From assembly GCA_965603825.1 (NCBI GenBank), contig CBFDEM010000053.1:1054001-1118000 (forward strand): 64,000 nt of DNA. The letters are read 5' to 3'. The translations under genes were made by a program, and so were the position numbers. Below the pieces are notes generated by a model. It worked only from the letters and a program-made list of their open reading frames with translations. It ran no database searches and was not told the origin of the DNA. This DNA is from Blepharisma stoltei ATCC 30299 (Eukaryota; Protista; Ciliophora). Positions 23,875 to 34,949 of this stretch are shown here, piece after piece (positions within the stretch are counted from its first letter, which is position 1; each line of letters opens with the position of its first letter).

Positions 23875-25540
23875 ATGAGTTTATCACGAACATCTATGGA
23901 AAGGCTGAATTCAATATTTTTATTTTTGGTAAGCAGCCCAATATCGGATAATTTCATTTCAATAACCGAAAATCCAAGAAAAAACAAGTTCCCTTTGAAT
24001 ATTTTTGTTGATCAGTTGAATGGGTATAAGAATTCTGGACAATACTCTGTATCAACTTTATATAAAGCATTGGCTAAGATATGCAAAGAGAAGGACATCT
24101 TTTATACTTTAATGAACATTCTGCATGATCATAGCGCTAAGCCCCTTGAAAAAAGCCATGAAAATTGCTTCCCTTGCCTCTCCTTCAAAATTAAAGGAAG
24201 TAAAATAATTTCATGCTTATGTAAAGAACCAGTAGCAGAAGAATTTCTAGAGAATTTTGGAATAAAAATCAATATTTTGGAAGTGTATCAGCCTATTGAA
24301 GAAGATTTATGATATAAAAGGTTAATAGAAATATATATAGGGCAGTCATCTAACTTAATAAAGAGCTTAAAGCAGAGGTGCAAGGGTGAAAATTGCGCAA
24401 GAAAAGCAATTATTTCATACAATTTTGCTGAAAACCCAAATTATTTATTTTTCCATTTAAAATGAAGCCATTCCCCGAACATTTCAGAAATTATAAAAGT
24501 TTTATGTTCATTTTCAGTAAATTTCGATATCTCATTATTTACTGGCTCTAAGGACCAAAATAATTATGGTCTTGCTGGAATTTTACTAGAAAACAGCAGG
24601 ATATCTGGATGTCTTGTATATAATCGAACACCAAATAACTGAAGCCTTTACATGGCAGACTTTAAAAAGGAAAACATATCTCTCTTCTATGCATTTCAAT
24701 ATATTATTCACAATATCTTAATACCAACATCCTACTGCTACTATAAAGAGCCAAATAATTCTAGATTTTTAAGCATATCAGCATGACTTACTTTTGAGAG
24801 TAAATATATTTTAAAAGAAAATCGTAATTTCCAAACTAGGATTGCCAGATTCTAGTGATCTGGAAAAGATTGCGGATGGAGCAGAAGAGCATGACTTAGA
24901 AAAACAGGAAGAAAGCAAATCAATCATTCTCGATAATAAAATTGATGAAGTAAATATTGGCCCAATGATAAGCCAAGATCATGAATCGTTCAGTAATTCT
25001 GAGGAAGAAGAAGAAGAAGAAGAAACAGAAGAAATAGAAGAAACTGAAGAAGTAGAAGAAATAGAAGAAGATAAGATGGAAGATAAGCTGCAGAGACAAG
25101 TAAAATATACCGAAAACCAAGAATATTTTGCATATAATAATGAAAAACCTATAGGATGAGCATGCAAAAGCTGTTTCGTTTATAATTACGGGCAAGAGAA
25201 ATGCTTAAGATGCGAATGGAGTATGGAAGTTGAAGGAGCTGGATGACTTTGCAGATGCGGAGGCGAAAACTTTGATATTGCTTGCGCAAATTGCAATGAG
25301 GAAATCCCTAAGTGCTCAAACTGTGGGATATGCTATTCGAATTTCCCAGTTGCTTGCCCAAAGTGTAGCAAATCAATGATCATTGGAAGAAAATGTAACT
25401 GCGGTTTTAAATATCTATCAGCTGCATGCCGTCTGTGCTTACAGTGCTTTAATGAAGTTTCATGGATCTGTAGGGCTTGTGAAATAAGAAACCCATTTTG
25501 TAATACTACATGCTTCAGATGTTTGAATCCAAGAATTTAG
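23875..25540 (+). CDS. Inactive USP/UCH-like domain, acidic linker and RanBP2-type zinc fingers (exons 23875-24823, 24840-25540)
   Basis: Continuous with TGA=Trp and one 16-nt intron. C-terminal W-x-C-x2-C-x3-N-x5/6-C-x2-C fingers (W[TGA]ACKSCSFIN; WICRACEIRN). CKGENC...NPNYLFFHLKW resembles USP53/54-type folds. Confidence 0.75.
24824..24839 (+). other. 16-nt spliceosomal intron GTAATTTCCAAACTAG
   Basis: Removal links the upstream frame to ORF 24842 (EN R LPDS). A at position -6. Confidence 0.85.
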
Positions 25541-25982
25541 CTTAATTAATTTGGAGGTTTATCTTTAATATCATATAGCTAGCTATTTTTATTAATGGCT
25601 TGTTAATAATATCCTATATTGTGGATTTCTATTTAATAATCATGGATTTTATTCATCAAGATTTCTTAAATTTACACTCTAATCTCTTTGACCAAAACGA
25701 GATTTGGGGTTTGAGACCAAAAATAAAGGATTAGGCCTTACAATATTTGCTGCATCTATCCCTTAATTATTTGCAGCACATATATCAAATGATTATAATA
25801 TTTTGCTGACTCAATACCCTCTTCAGCATGTGAGGCTTAGTATGGCCTAATGGAATTTGGCACAATTCGCATGCGGAAAATGGAATAATAAAATATAATT
25901 ATTAGTTTTATATGCTATTTAAATTATTAATCACATTAAAGACTGAAATTTATTTGATTATCAATAGTTGAATAATTATAAG

Positions 25983-26303
25983 ATGGATTATCAAGAACCT
26001 TTTTGTGGCTGCTTTTCAGATCTTTATAGCTGTCTAATTCAAGATGCAGTGCCTTGCGGAGGTTGCATTGTAAATGCTATGGCAACTGTGAATGCTACAG
26101 GGGAGAAATTTTGGGGACTTTGTGCTATCAATGCTTTAACTTGCTGCATCGGCATGGCAAATAATAGACAAAAGATAAGAAATAAGTTTGGAATGAACGA
26201 AGATTGGACAACTGACTGCGTTTCATATCTTTTCTGCAATTTATGCACAGTGACTCAAGATTATAGAGAAGTTGAAAATCGAAATCTGATGAGTCCTAAC
26301 TAA
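25983..26303 (+). CDS. PLAC8/cornifelin-family Cys-rich protein
   Basis: FCGCFSD...PCG...NRQKIRNKFGM...DCVSYLFCNLCTVTQDYREV. First ATG is at 25983. Confidence 0.9.
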   Translation: MDYQEPFCGCFSDLYSCLIQDAVPCGGCIVNAMATVNATGEKFWGLCAINALTCCIGMANNRQKIRNKFGMNEDWTTDCVSYLFCNLCTVTQDYREVENRNLMSPN

Positions 26304-26676
26304 TCTGTTTACTTCGGTATTATTAAAGATAATCTTCTTTATATTTTAAGAACAAATATAGCATCATATCAAGCTATGAAATAGTAATCAAAAAATTAAA
26401 TATTTTAGTTCTAAGATAATGATATATATCTATAAAGAATTCAAAATAGCTTTTAATTAAATTAATTAATGATTGTTTAGGCAGGATCGTAGGCCTTTAT
26501 CTTTATGGTACAGAGCATTTTCTCCAGATCATGTGAAATTAAAATTCAAGGATAATATGATTTATGTATAACTTCTAAAGGAAACATAATTAGACTAAAT
26601 TTATTCCGAGGAGTAAAGGATTTTATTAGTTTACATCACAACAGAGATGAAAATATAAATTTTTTCATTTTATAAA

Positions 26677-27036
26677 ATGAAAGATATTCCCAAAGAAGAC
26701 CCTGAAGAAGTTGAGCGCAAGAAAAAACGACAAGAACGATTTGGAGTTCAGTCAGAAAAAGAAAAAAAGGTTGAAAGAGCTCAAAGGTTTGGATTGCAAA
26801 ATTCAGAGCTAGACAAGATCAAAAAATCTGAGCGCAAAAAAAGATTTGGAGGCATCACTGGGAATACTGAAGAAGAATCGAAGAAAATTGAGGAAAGAGC
26901 AGCAAGATTTGGGCTATATAACGAGAATCAAGAACATCAGAAGCAAAAAGAAAGAAAAGAAAGATTTGGAGTTGTTGATCCAGAAACAGAAAAAGAAAAG
27001 AAGATGGCAAGACAAGATAGATTTGGTGCCAAATAA
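26677..27036 (+). CDS. Tho1/MOS11/SARNP C-terminal-like protein (repeated RxxRFG motifs)
   Basis: Six RxxRFG motifs (RQERFG, RAQRFG, RKKRFG, RAARFG, RKERFG, RQDRFG). Confidence 0.8.
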   Translation: MKDIPKEDPEEVERKKKRQERFGVQSEKEKKVERAQRFGLQNSELDKIKKSERKKRFGGITGNTEEESKKIEERAARFGLYNENQEHQKQKERKERFGVVDPETEKEKKMARQDRFGAK

Positions 27037-27377
27037 ATAATATTAATCCACTCTAAACACTCATTTACACACATCAAATAAATTTGTGCTTTTGCAAAGA
27101 CAACCTTCGAACTGAACATGAGTTGGCAGGTCAGATCATTCATAATTTGAGAGAGAAATTAAATCAAATAAATAGATTATTGTATTGGCCAGATATAATG
27201 AAATTAATTATAATTATCCAAAAATAATAAAATTTACTAGTTTTCCTTAGATAATCACTTAATTTTAATTAATAAAAGCATTGAAAATTATGAGATGTTT
27301 ACTGATGCTCAATCATTTTGCAATAAATTTATTATTAATAGCCTCACAATATTCTTAAATTTTAATTAATTAATTAA

Positions 27378-28661
27378 TTAATCCCCAAACAACACCTGAA
27401 ACTCTGCTGAGACATCTCCTGGCTTTTTCCATACATGAGTTGCATAAGAAAACTCAATTCTTCCAAAGGCTCCTACCCATCCAAGCCCAATTCCAACTGA
27501 CCCTCTAGCCTTTTCCCTAAAATACGTCTTTAAATTTGTTACTTTATGTGGTTCTTCACATATCATATTTGCATACAAATAAGGAACGAGCCCAACACCA
27601 CTTATCACTGGCGTATTATAGAAATGAAGCTTAGTTTCCAAATTGAGAACAGAGAGTTTCCCTAAATCATCCCCTTCAACCGCAAACTTTCCTCTCATAG
27701 TTGGATCTGCTGGCTGTTCACGAGTTCCTATAGCTTGAAATCCCTTAATATATCTTGACCTATATCTATCATTAATCTTTGTTGTCGTATTCTTCCAAGG
27801 AATAAATGCTCCTAAGCCAAATGTAGATTGAAATACAACATTTGATAAAATAGGGAAATAGTGGTTAAATTTCAAATCTACTTTATGGAAATTCACGTCT
27901 CCTCCTAGTGCGAATTCATTGGTGATTGATGTGAGAGATCCAGTCCTGGGCTCGGATGTGTCATCTCTTAAATCACGAGTGTAAGTATGAGATATATAAT
28001 TTTTCACAGAAACAGGCAACTCTTCTTTTAATAGCTTTAATGAAGCATATTCGACTGCAACGTCATTAGTCCTTATAAATCTTCCAGCTTCTAGTTTATG
28101 CTTTCCATTTGCAGACTTAATAGCGAAGCTTCCTCCGTAAGCATTTTCTTTTACATTTTGATCAAGCTCATCGCTGTACTTTTTGACTGAATACATCATT
28201 TCCCACTTCCCTGGCATATAAAGTTTATCATGATGAAAGACTTCATATCCCCAAGTCCCTGTATTGAGTTTATACTCCAGATTAATATTCGTTAAATCTG
28301 CCTTCCCCCTTAGATTTCTCAAATGAGCTGAAAGTACGCTTTTTCCACCCTCACTATCTGCATTTGCTCCAAAGCTAAGATTCCACCATCTCTTATCTTT
28401 CAGCACAAACTGAACCAAAGCTGCATCAATCGTTTTCCCTGGCAATACAATAGCATCGCAGCTTCGATACATATCCAGAGCATTAAGCTTATAAACTGTT
28501 TCCTTGATCTTTGCATGAAGCTCTTCTACAGATCTTGATTTTGTCAGAGGCCTGACATATCTTTTTAAAAGCTCAGGGTTTGTAGAAGTGTTTCTGAAAT
28601 CAAGCTCTACGCTGACGATTGGATTCTTTGCGTGGTCTCGGAGTTCTTTGAGTTCCTCCAT
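27378..28661 (-). CDS. SAM50: Mitochondrial outer-membrane beta-barrel assembly protein Sam50 (Omp85 family)
   Basis: POTRA-like N-terminus (GFRNT-like DFRNTST), beta-barrel strands, IKGF and RGSVGIGLGW..FGRIEFSY motifs. Likely start ATG 28661 (MEELKELR). Confidence 0.88.
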   Translation of the reverse strand: MEELKELRDHAKNPIVSVELDFRNTSTNPELLKRYVRPLTKSRSVEELHAKIKETVYKLNALDMYRSCDAIVLPGKTIDAALVQFVLKDKRWWNLSFGANADSEGGKSVLSAHLRNLRGKADLTNINLEYKLNTGTWGYEVFHHDKLYMPGKWEMMYSVKKYSDELDQNVKENAYGGSFAIKSANGKHKLEAGRFIRTNDVAVEYASLKLLKEELPVSVKNYISHTYTRDLRDDTSEPRTGSLTSITNEFALGGDVNFHKVDLKFNHYFPILSNVVFQSTFGLGAFIPWKNTTTKINDRYRSRYIKGFQAIGTREQPADPTMRGKFAVEGDDLGKLSVLNLETKLHFYNTPVISGVGLVPYLYANMICEEPHKVTNLKTYFREKARGSVGIGLGWVGAFGRIEFSYATHVWKKPGDVSAEFQVLFGD

Positions 28662-28686
28662 ATTATTTGCTAGTGATAACAAATTT

Positions 28687-29679
28687 ATGTCAAGTGAGCC
28701 AGGGAAAAAGAATGCAAGGAGCAAAGCAAAAAGGACAGAAAATAAAGAAAAAAAAGAAAGTTCCATACAAGAAAATATTCATTGATCACTAGGATTTCCA
28801 AACGCTAAAGATGCGCAGGAAATTATGCAAGAAAAAGCAAAGCATCAGGCTAAGCTTTTAGAATTACATGAAGAGGTAAGGAATAGTTTTTTTAATGACG
28901 GAGTATCGCATCAGAGCCAAGTGATATTAAGAAGGATCGTCCAAAATCCTGCTGTTCCACAGAAATATGAGTTTTTCAATCTGCTTGATGCTTTAAATAC
29001 AGCCCATCAAGAAATGCTTATGAATGAGCTAGAACTTGCTGTATGAGAAATTTATCTTGAAAAATTTGTATGAAAAGACAAAGAAACTCCTTTGCTCCTA
29101 CTATTAATGCTCTCTGCATTTGCGGTAAAAAGCTATTTTAATGAAGATGTCAGCACTTATCAGGCCTATTTATCCGTAAAGTATCCTGGATTTTTGGAGG
29201 CTTATGAAAAGTGGTATAATGTATATAAAAATGATATGAATATTAGCCCGATCGAATTGAATGATAAATTTAGAGATTTAAATAAATTTGTAACTACTCC
29301 AGGAGATACAAAAGTTGTAGACTATAATTACTACGTTGATGAAATTTTGCAGAATTCGGCGAGCTATACGGTGAAAAGTAAAGATTCCTTGCAGAGACTA
29401 ACTAATGATCAGGAAATCATGGATATATATTCAGCTTATATAAAAAGAGAACCAATTATCATTAATAATCAGCAGATTTTGGACACTGAAATGCTTGCAC
29501 CAACTTTGTCTAAACTGGATTCAGTGCTAAGCGGAATTGAAACAGAAGGGCTGAATAATTTCGAAAGTAATAAAGCTTCAGGAGTTCCGATCATAGCAAG
29601 CAATATGGTGCTTGAAAGAATAGATTCAATTTGTACTGAAATTTTACTATCGCAAGAAAATAGCCATAACAAATCATAA
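28687..29679 (+). CDS. Hypothetical protein (330 aa)
   Basis: ATG 28687 runs to TAA 29679 through three in-frame TGA, joining ORFs 28825 and 29092. Confidence 0.75.
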
Positions 29680-29750
29680 ATTATTTATTCAAAGCAGAAT
29701 AATAATCCTAATGCTTAATATTTTTTCAAATTCCTTTTATATTATTGGAA

Positions 29751-30926
29751 TTATTCTTTCTTTTTACTTTTTTCTTTGAGCCACTCCGTCCTGTTTCCAT
29801 TTTTCCAAATCCCTCTTCGAGTTTCAAATGTTTTTGTCTTTTTATTTTCAAAGGTTTGAGTCCCTTCTCCATCTTGCTTTCCTTCTTTAAATTCTCCATC
29901 ATAAACTTGGCCATTTGGCCAAGTAAGAACGCCATGCCCATGCATTAAACTATCTTTCCACTCGCCTTCATATTTTTTCCCTTCTGCCCATGTAAAAACT
30001 CCATAGCCTTCTATAATGTCATTTTTGAACTCCCCTTCAAAAACATTTCCATTTTCCCATCTAATTATCCCCGTTCCATTTTTTTGCCCATTTTTAAACT
30101 CTCCTTCAAAAATAGATCCGTCCTCAAGCTTTTCTTTACCTTTACCATATGGAGTTCCATTTCTAAAGCTCCCTTCATATCTTGATCCATCTGGTTTTTG
30201 AAGAACTCCATTCCCAGAAGGTTGCCCTCTTTTGAATTCTCCTTCATAAAGTTCTCCATCTGCACTAATAAATCTTCCATTGCCGGCCTTTTTGTTATTT
30301 TTAAAGTACCCTACATATTTCGAGCCGTCTTGACCGATTTCAACGCCAAGCCCATGCTTTTCTCCGAGCTCGTTCCATTCCCCCTCATAAATAGACCCAT
30401 CTTCAAGTTCAACAGCTGCAAAATGAGCTACATTTTCGTGGTCATCTTCTGGAGCTTGAGGTTTGTATTTACCTAATTCTTTTTCCAGCTTTCTAACAGT
30501 TTTAGCTATTTTTGAAGATAAAGAATCAGTGAAAGGAGTGTATATTTTTGTTGGATCAAGTCTTTTAACATTTTTGGAAGCAGCAATTTCTTTTCTTACT
30601 AAATAGCCTCTTGCTGCGCTTTGTATGCAGACGTCATCTCTGCTTACTTTTTGCTTGGCATCTGGCTGTTGTTGCAGCTCATCATTTGATACTTCTAAGT
30701 TCTCTTCTTTTGCATTTATTTGAGGATGAACCTTGATTATGCTATCTTCTTCTTCTTCTTCCTTAACGTCTTCCTTCAAATTTCTATTGTTGTCTTGAAT
30801 GATGATTGCTGCTTTTTCATCATAATTTCCGGTTTCCTGCTTCAATGGAGCTTTAGTCCTTCTGCTCATGTCCATTTCTTCATTTGAAAGGCCACCTTCC
30901 TTTAAGCAAGAACAATCAACACCCAT
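29751..30926 (-). CDS. IQ-motif and MORN-repeat protein with N-terminal acylation motif (MGVDCSC)
   Basis: IQSAARGYLVRK IQ motif and about 9 YEGEW/F..G..HG.G repeats. Start ATG 30926. Confidence 0.92.
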   Translation of the reverse strand: MGVDCSCLKEGGLSNEEMDMSRRTKAPLKQETGNYDEKAAIIIQDNNRNLKEDVKEEEEEDSIIKVHPQINAKEENLEVSNDELQQQPDAKQKVSRDDVCIQSAARGYLVRKEIAASKNVKRLDPTKIYTPFTDSLSSKIAKTVRKLEKELGKYKPQAPEDDHENVAHFAAVELEDGSIYEGEWNELGEKHGLGVEIGQDGSKYVGYFKNNKKAGNGRFISADGELYEGEFKRGQPSGNGVLQKPDGSRYEGSFRNGTPYGKGKEKLEDGSIFEGEFKNGQKNGTGIIRWENGNVFEGEFKNDIIEGYGVFTWAEGKKYEGEWKDSLMHGHGVLTWPNGQVYDGEFKEGKQDGEGTQTFENKKTKTFETRRGIWKNGNRTEWLKEKSKKKE

Positions 30927-31400
30927 TTTATTTATTCTATAATACCATAAATAAGATAAGGAAATTAAAAACGTTTTCATATTATATATTTTTAATATAG
31001 TTTAATCAATAACAAAAAAGACATTAAAAATTAAAATATATTAAGAAATAAAACAACCTTTTATCTTGTAAATATCTTCGTATAATTAATAAATTCTATG
31101 CTTAATGATGAATAAGTCTTAATTTTGTCTATTTCTAAAGATTAATAATAGCTATTTACTATAGGTAGCTATGCCTCAGATAATGAAAGTTTAATTGTTA
31201 TTTATTCGTTAAAGTCCTTCAGACTATTATGGAAAAAGATTTAATTATAAATATTTTTTGATATTTGTACTTACGAAAAATAATTCAAGAATACTCATTT
31301 CATTAGTCAGTTTTTATAAAACTTAATATTTAGCAGAGTAATCCAGTATCTGCTAATAAGATATCTTAAGCATAATTAAAATAAACTGTTTGATTGTTTA

Positions 31401-32357
31401 ATGGGCTGCAGTTCTTGCTCCTCCTGCTTTGGGAAGAACCAAGATTCAAAATCAGATCAAGACGTCGAAGTTATTGAAATCGAAGAGAGCCAGCAGAAAA
31501 ATAAAAAACTTTTGCTCACTTCCCCTGAAAACCCTCTTAAAAACGCTTTGCCAGATCATCAAAATTATCCAAGTGTCTTATCGCCATCTGAGCACGTTCG
31601 TATCGCAGAAGGCCGCCTTCCTCATTTTCAATTTGACCGCGATGATGGTTATCCAGAGCTATTTGACCCTCCTGAGCACCCTGTTATTGGCTGCACTTAC
31701 ATTGGGCAAAAAAATCAATTCAATCAAAAACACGGGCGAGGTATGATTATATGGGAAGATGGATCTAAATATATCGGATATTGGAAAAACGATAAAGCAA
31801 ACGGCCGAGGCCGTTTAATTCATTCTGATGGAGACGTCTATGAAGGATATTGATATGAGGATAAAGCTCATGGAAAAGGAAAATACACACATTTCAACGG
31901 ATCAACTTATGAAGGCGATTGAAATGAAGACCAACAAGAAGGACTAGGATTAGAAAGATGAACCGATGGCGCATACTACAGAGGGCACTACAAAGCAGGC
32001 AAAAAGAATGGGTATGGAGAATTCCACTGAGCCGATAGCTCTGTATATAAAGGTCAGTTCATTGATAACCGAATTGAAGGGTTTGGAGTCTACACATGAA
32101 AAGATGGCCGAAAATATGAAGGATGATGAAAAGATAATCAAATGCATGGAAAAGGAGTTTTCAATTGACCTGATGGCAGGCTGTATCAAGGTGACTATAT
32201 AAGTGATCAAAAGCAAGGCTACGGAGAATTTTTTTGGCCAAGCCGAAAAGTCTATAAAGGCTTTTGGCTTGATGGGAAGCAGCATGGGCGAGGATCTTTA
32301 ATTAATCCTCAAGGCATAAAAACTGGGGAATGGGAAAATGGGAGGTTTGTAAATTAG
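31401..32357 (+). CDS. MORN-repeat protein with N-terminal dual-acylation motif (MGCSSCSSC)
   Basis: Eight in-frame TGA (31851, 31920, 31959, 32028, 32097, 32124, 32127, 32166), almost all at MORN Trp positions. Stop TAG at 32355-32357. Confidence 0.93.
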
Positions 32358-32369
32358 TTTTTATTTAAT

Positions 32370-32795
32370 CTATAATGGGAATATTGTGATGCTGTCTCCA
32401 GAGGTCCATGGAAGAATATTCGGAGTCTGTGCGATTTTGTTTCTTCGAATGCTTTCACGATTTTTTAGAAATGTGATGTCAGGAGATTCCATATCAACAA
32501 GTCCATACGATTCAGCAAGTTTTAAGCCATGCTCTAAGTTTCCGCTTCTAATTGAATTTATTGACTCTGAAAAGGTACTTGTCATGTGCTGAAGATCATC
32601 TAATTTTACTGAAAATTCTGGGGTATTTAATAAACCTTCTTGGAGCGTTGTTGGCTCTGGGTCTTCAGGTTTAGGATCGCTAAAGATCAAGCCAAGCCTG
32701 TAGTTGTTTTCTGCATAGTTGTCTAGAGCAAGCTTTTTGGAGTCTTCTTTTAAATCGGATTGCGAAAATTTAACTTCAACTGTAGTATATTCCAT
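32370..32795 (-). CDS. Hypothetical protein (141 aa)
   Basis: ATG 32795 (MEYTTVEVKF) follows an AT-rich spacer. The upstream part of the track ORF overlaps the previous gene. Confidence 0.65.
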   Translation of the reverse strand: MEYTTVEVKFSQSDLKEDSKKLALDNYAENNYRLGLIFSDPKPEDPEPTTLQEGLLNTPEFSVKLDDLQHMTSTFSESINSIRSGNLEHGLKLAESYGLVDMESPDITFLKNRESIRRNKIAQTPNILPWTSGDSITIFPL

Positions 32796-32823
32796 AATTT
32801 TTATTATATACTTAATTCTTATA

Positions 32824-34716
32824 CTAGTCACTTGTGCTTTCTCGGGAATCTGACTGCGATTTTTGGTAATTTTCGATCCACTCTTGAAATTCATCCTCAT
32901 CCCAGCTGCCGATTTTTTTATATCCTCCAGGGTGAATGAAGATAACTTTTTCATCAACCACTGCAATCCCGCCCTTTACAGCAGTTTTATCTGGATATAG
33001 CATCGTTCCAATTCCAGTTAGACCGTCAAAAATCCCTTCAAATGTGCATCCGTCGTCAAAAGTCCATTTCCCTTCTCCCTTAAGCTTGTTGTCTTCAAAG
33101 TAGCCTTCATATATTCATTTCAAATGGGGCCATGTGAACACTCCTTTTCCATGCTTTTTTCAATTTTGAAATTCCCCCTTATAGATGCATTTATTAGGAT
33201 ATGCAGCAAGTCCCCAGATAATTGTGTTGTTTTTGAAGGTTCCTTCATAAACGTGGCCATCAGATGTACTAAGCATGCCTTCTCCATTATATTTATCATT
33301 TTCCCACATTCCTTCATATCAGCTGCCTTCAAAGTTTATAAATCGTCCTTTACCCATTCTTTCTCCAAACTGTCAATAGCCTTCGTATAAAGAGCCATCT
33401 GAGTAGTACATGATTCCGACTCCATGAGGCTTATTATCAGCCCATTGACCTCTATACATATTTGAGTTCTCCATAATTCTCAGCTGCTCTTCTTGAACCT
33501 TAATATCATCATTAGGCTCATAATCATACTTAAACGATGGCAATTCGCCAAGCAATTTTGCAACTATAGGTGACTCAGCATTAATCATTTTGAAAAGAAT
33601 TAGTCCTTGCTTGCTTTTAATTTGGGAGTTTTCCAGATCTGCTTCACTCTTTAAAGAAAATTCATTTTTAAATGGGTCAGAGTCAATTCTAAGTAAAACA
33701 ATATCTGATGAAGGAATTTCTTTAGCTCTCTTTAGCGCATGCTCATATTTGCTCATACTTACTATATCACTGATATTTGCTTTAAAAAGATTTTCTTGAG
33801 AAGCTATTTGTGAAATCGCCAACCATTTTCTCACATTTGTGATTTTGTTATAATACCGCCTTATATCTAGACCACAGATTTGTTTACCTTTGAATATGAA
33901 TTGGTCAGCTTGGATATCTCCTAGTGGCTTCAAAGAAAAATTAGAGAGCAAATACAAGATTCCTCTATTTTCTAATTCAAAAAGCAGCATTTTAGCAATT
34001 TCTCCTCCAAAAATATCAAAGGCACAAGTTGGCTTCGTATCTCTTGCAGCATTTCTTAACTTTTCTCCAAAACTATTTTTATCGGTTCTTAAAATATAAT
34101 TCACTCGAAGTTTTTTTAATTCTGATTTCTCATTTTTATTATTGACAACACAAATAATAGATAATCCTGCTTGAAAACAATATTTTACCATAATTTTCCC
34201 TATTGCTGAAGCAGCTCCGGTTAAAATAATAGAATAATGTTTTCCAATGGTAATTTGCTCGATTAACATAAAAGAAAAAATTGGATTATACATCAATAAA
34301 GTGCCTTGGAAAAAGTCGAAATTTTTTGTGACTGGCACCACGCTTCGAGCATCGCAGACAACATATTCAGCCCAAGAGCCTGAAAGATTTGGATTGAGTT
34401 GCATAAAGCTTACTTTTTTACCAATCAAATATCAGCCTTTAAGAGTTTTGTTACTTGAAACAACAGTTCCGCTTCCTTCAATTCCTGGTATTGAATTTAT
34501 AGAGCAGGCTTGTGGACTTTGCTCAGAAGAGAATTTGGCATCGCATGGATGAATTGGGGCAAAGTCAACTTTTATTAAAACTTGGCCATTCTTTGGCGTT
34601 GGGATGGGCACTTTTTTTAGACTCAAAGATGCAGAATCGCCTGATCTATCAACTGTAATTGCAAGCATTTGGTTTTTATTTTGGTTTTCATCCCATAATA
34701 ATCTGTTTGGATCCAT
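32824..34716 (-). CDS. Fusion of an MDR-superfamily NADPH oxidoreductase (enoyl-thioester/quinone reductase-like) with C-terminal MORN repeats (630 aa)
   Basis: One frame from ATG 34716 to TAG 32824 with TGA=Trp (34432, 33373, 33319 and others). MDR motifs VPIPTPKNGQVLIKV.FAPIHPCD, PGIEGSGTVV, GSWAEY and LTGAASAIG precede YRGQW...HGVG MORN repeats. Confidence 0.88.
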
Positions 34717-34949
34717 TTATTTGCTTATCAGAATAAAAAGAACAATTGGCTATATATATAGGTATCAAATTGATGATGTCATTGATCATTTTCATTAAAA
34801 AGTCTTTGACAATTAAATTTTGTAGGTTTTAAAAAATCAATGCTTTCTTATAATATTTAAAAATTTATTTATAGCTGACCAAATTCCTCATGCGCCAAAT
34901 TTAAAAAAATTCGAAAAATAATATATTAGGTTGCATTTTACTTTTAAAC

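Noticed and set aside
28662-28766. Hydrophobic signal-peptide-like N-terminal extension of the SAM50 ORF
   Set aside because: It is the antisense of the K/E-rich start of the divergent gene at 28687. The ATG at 28661 is the better start.
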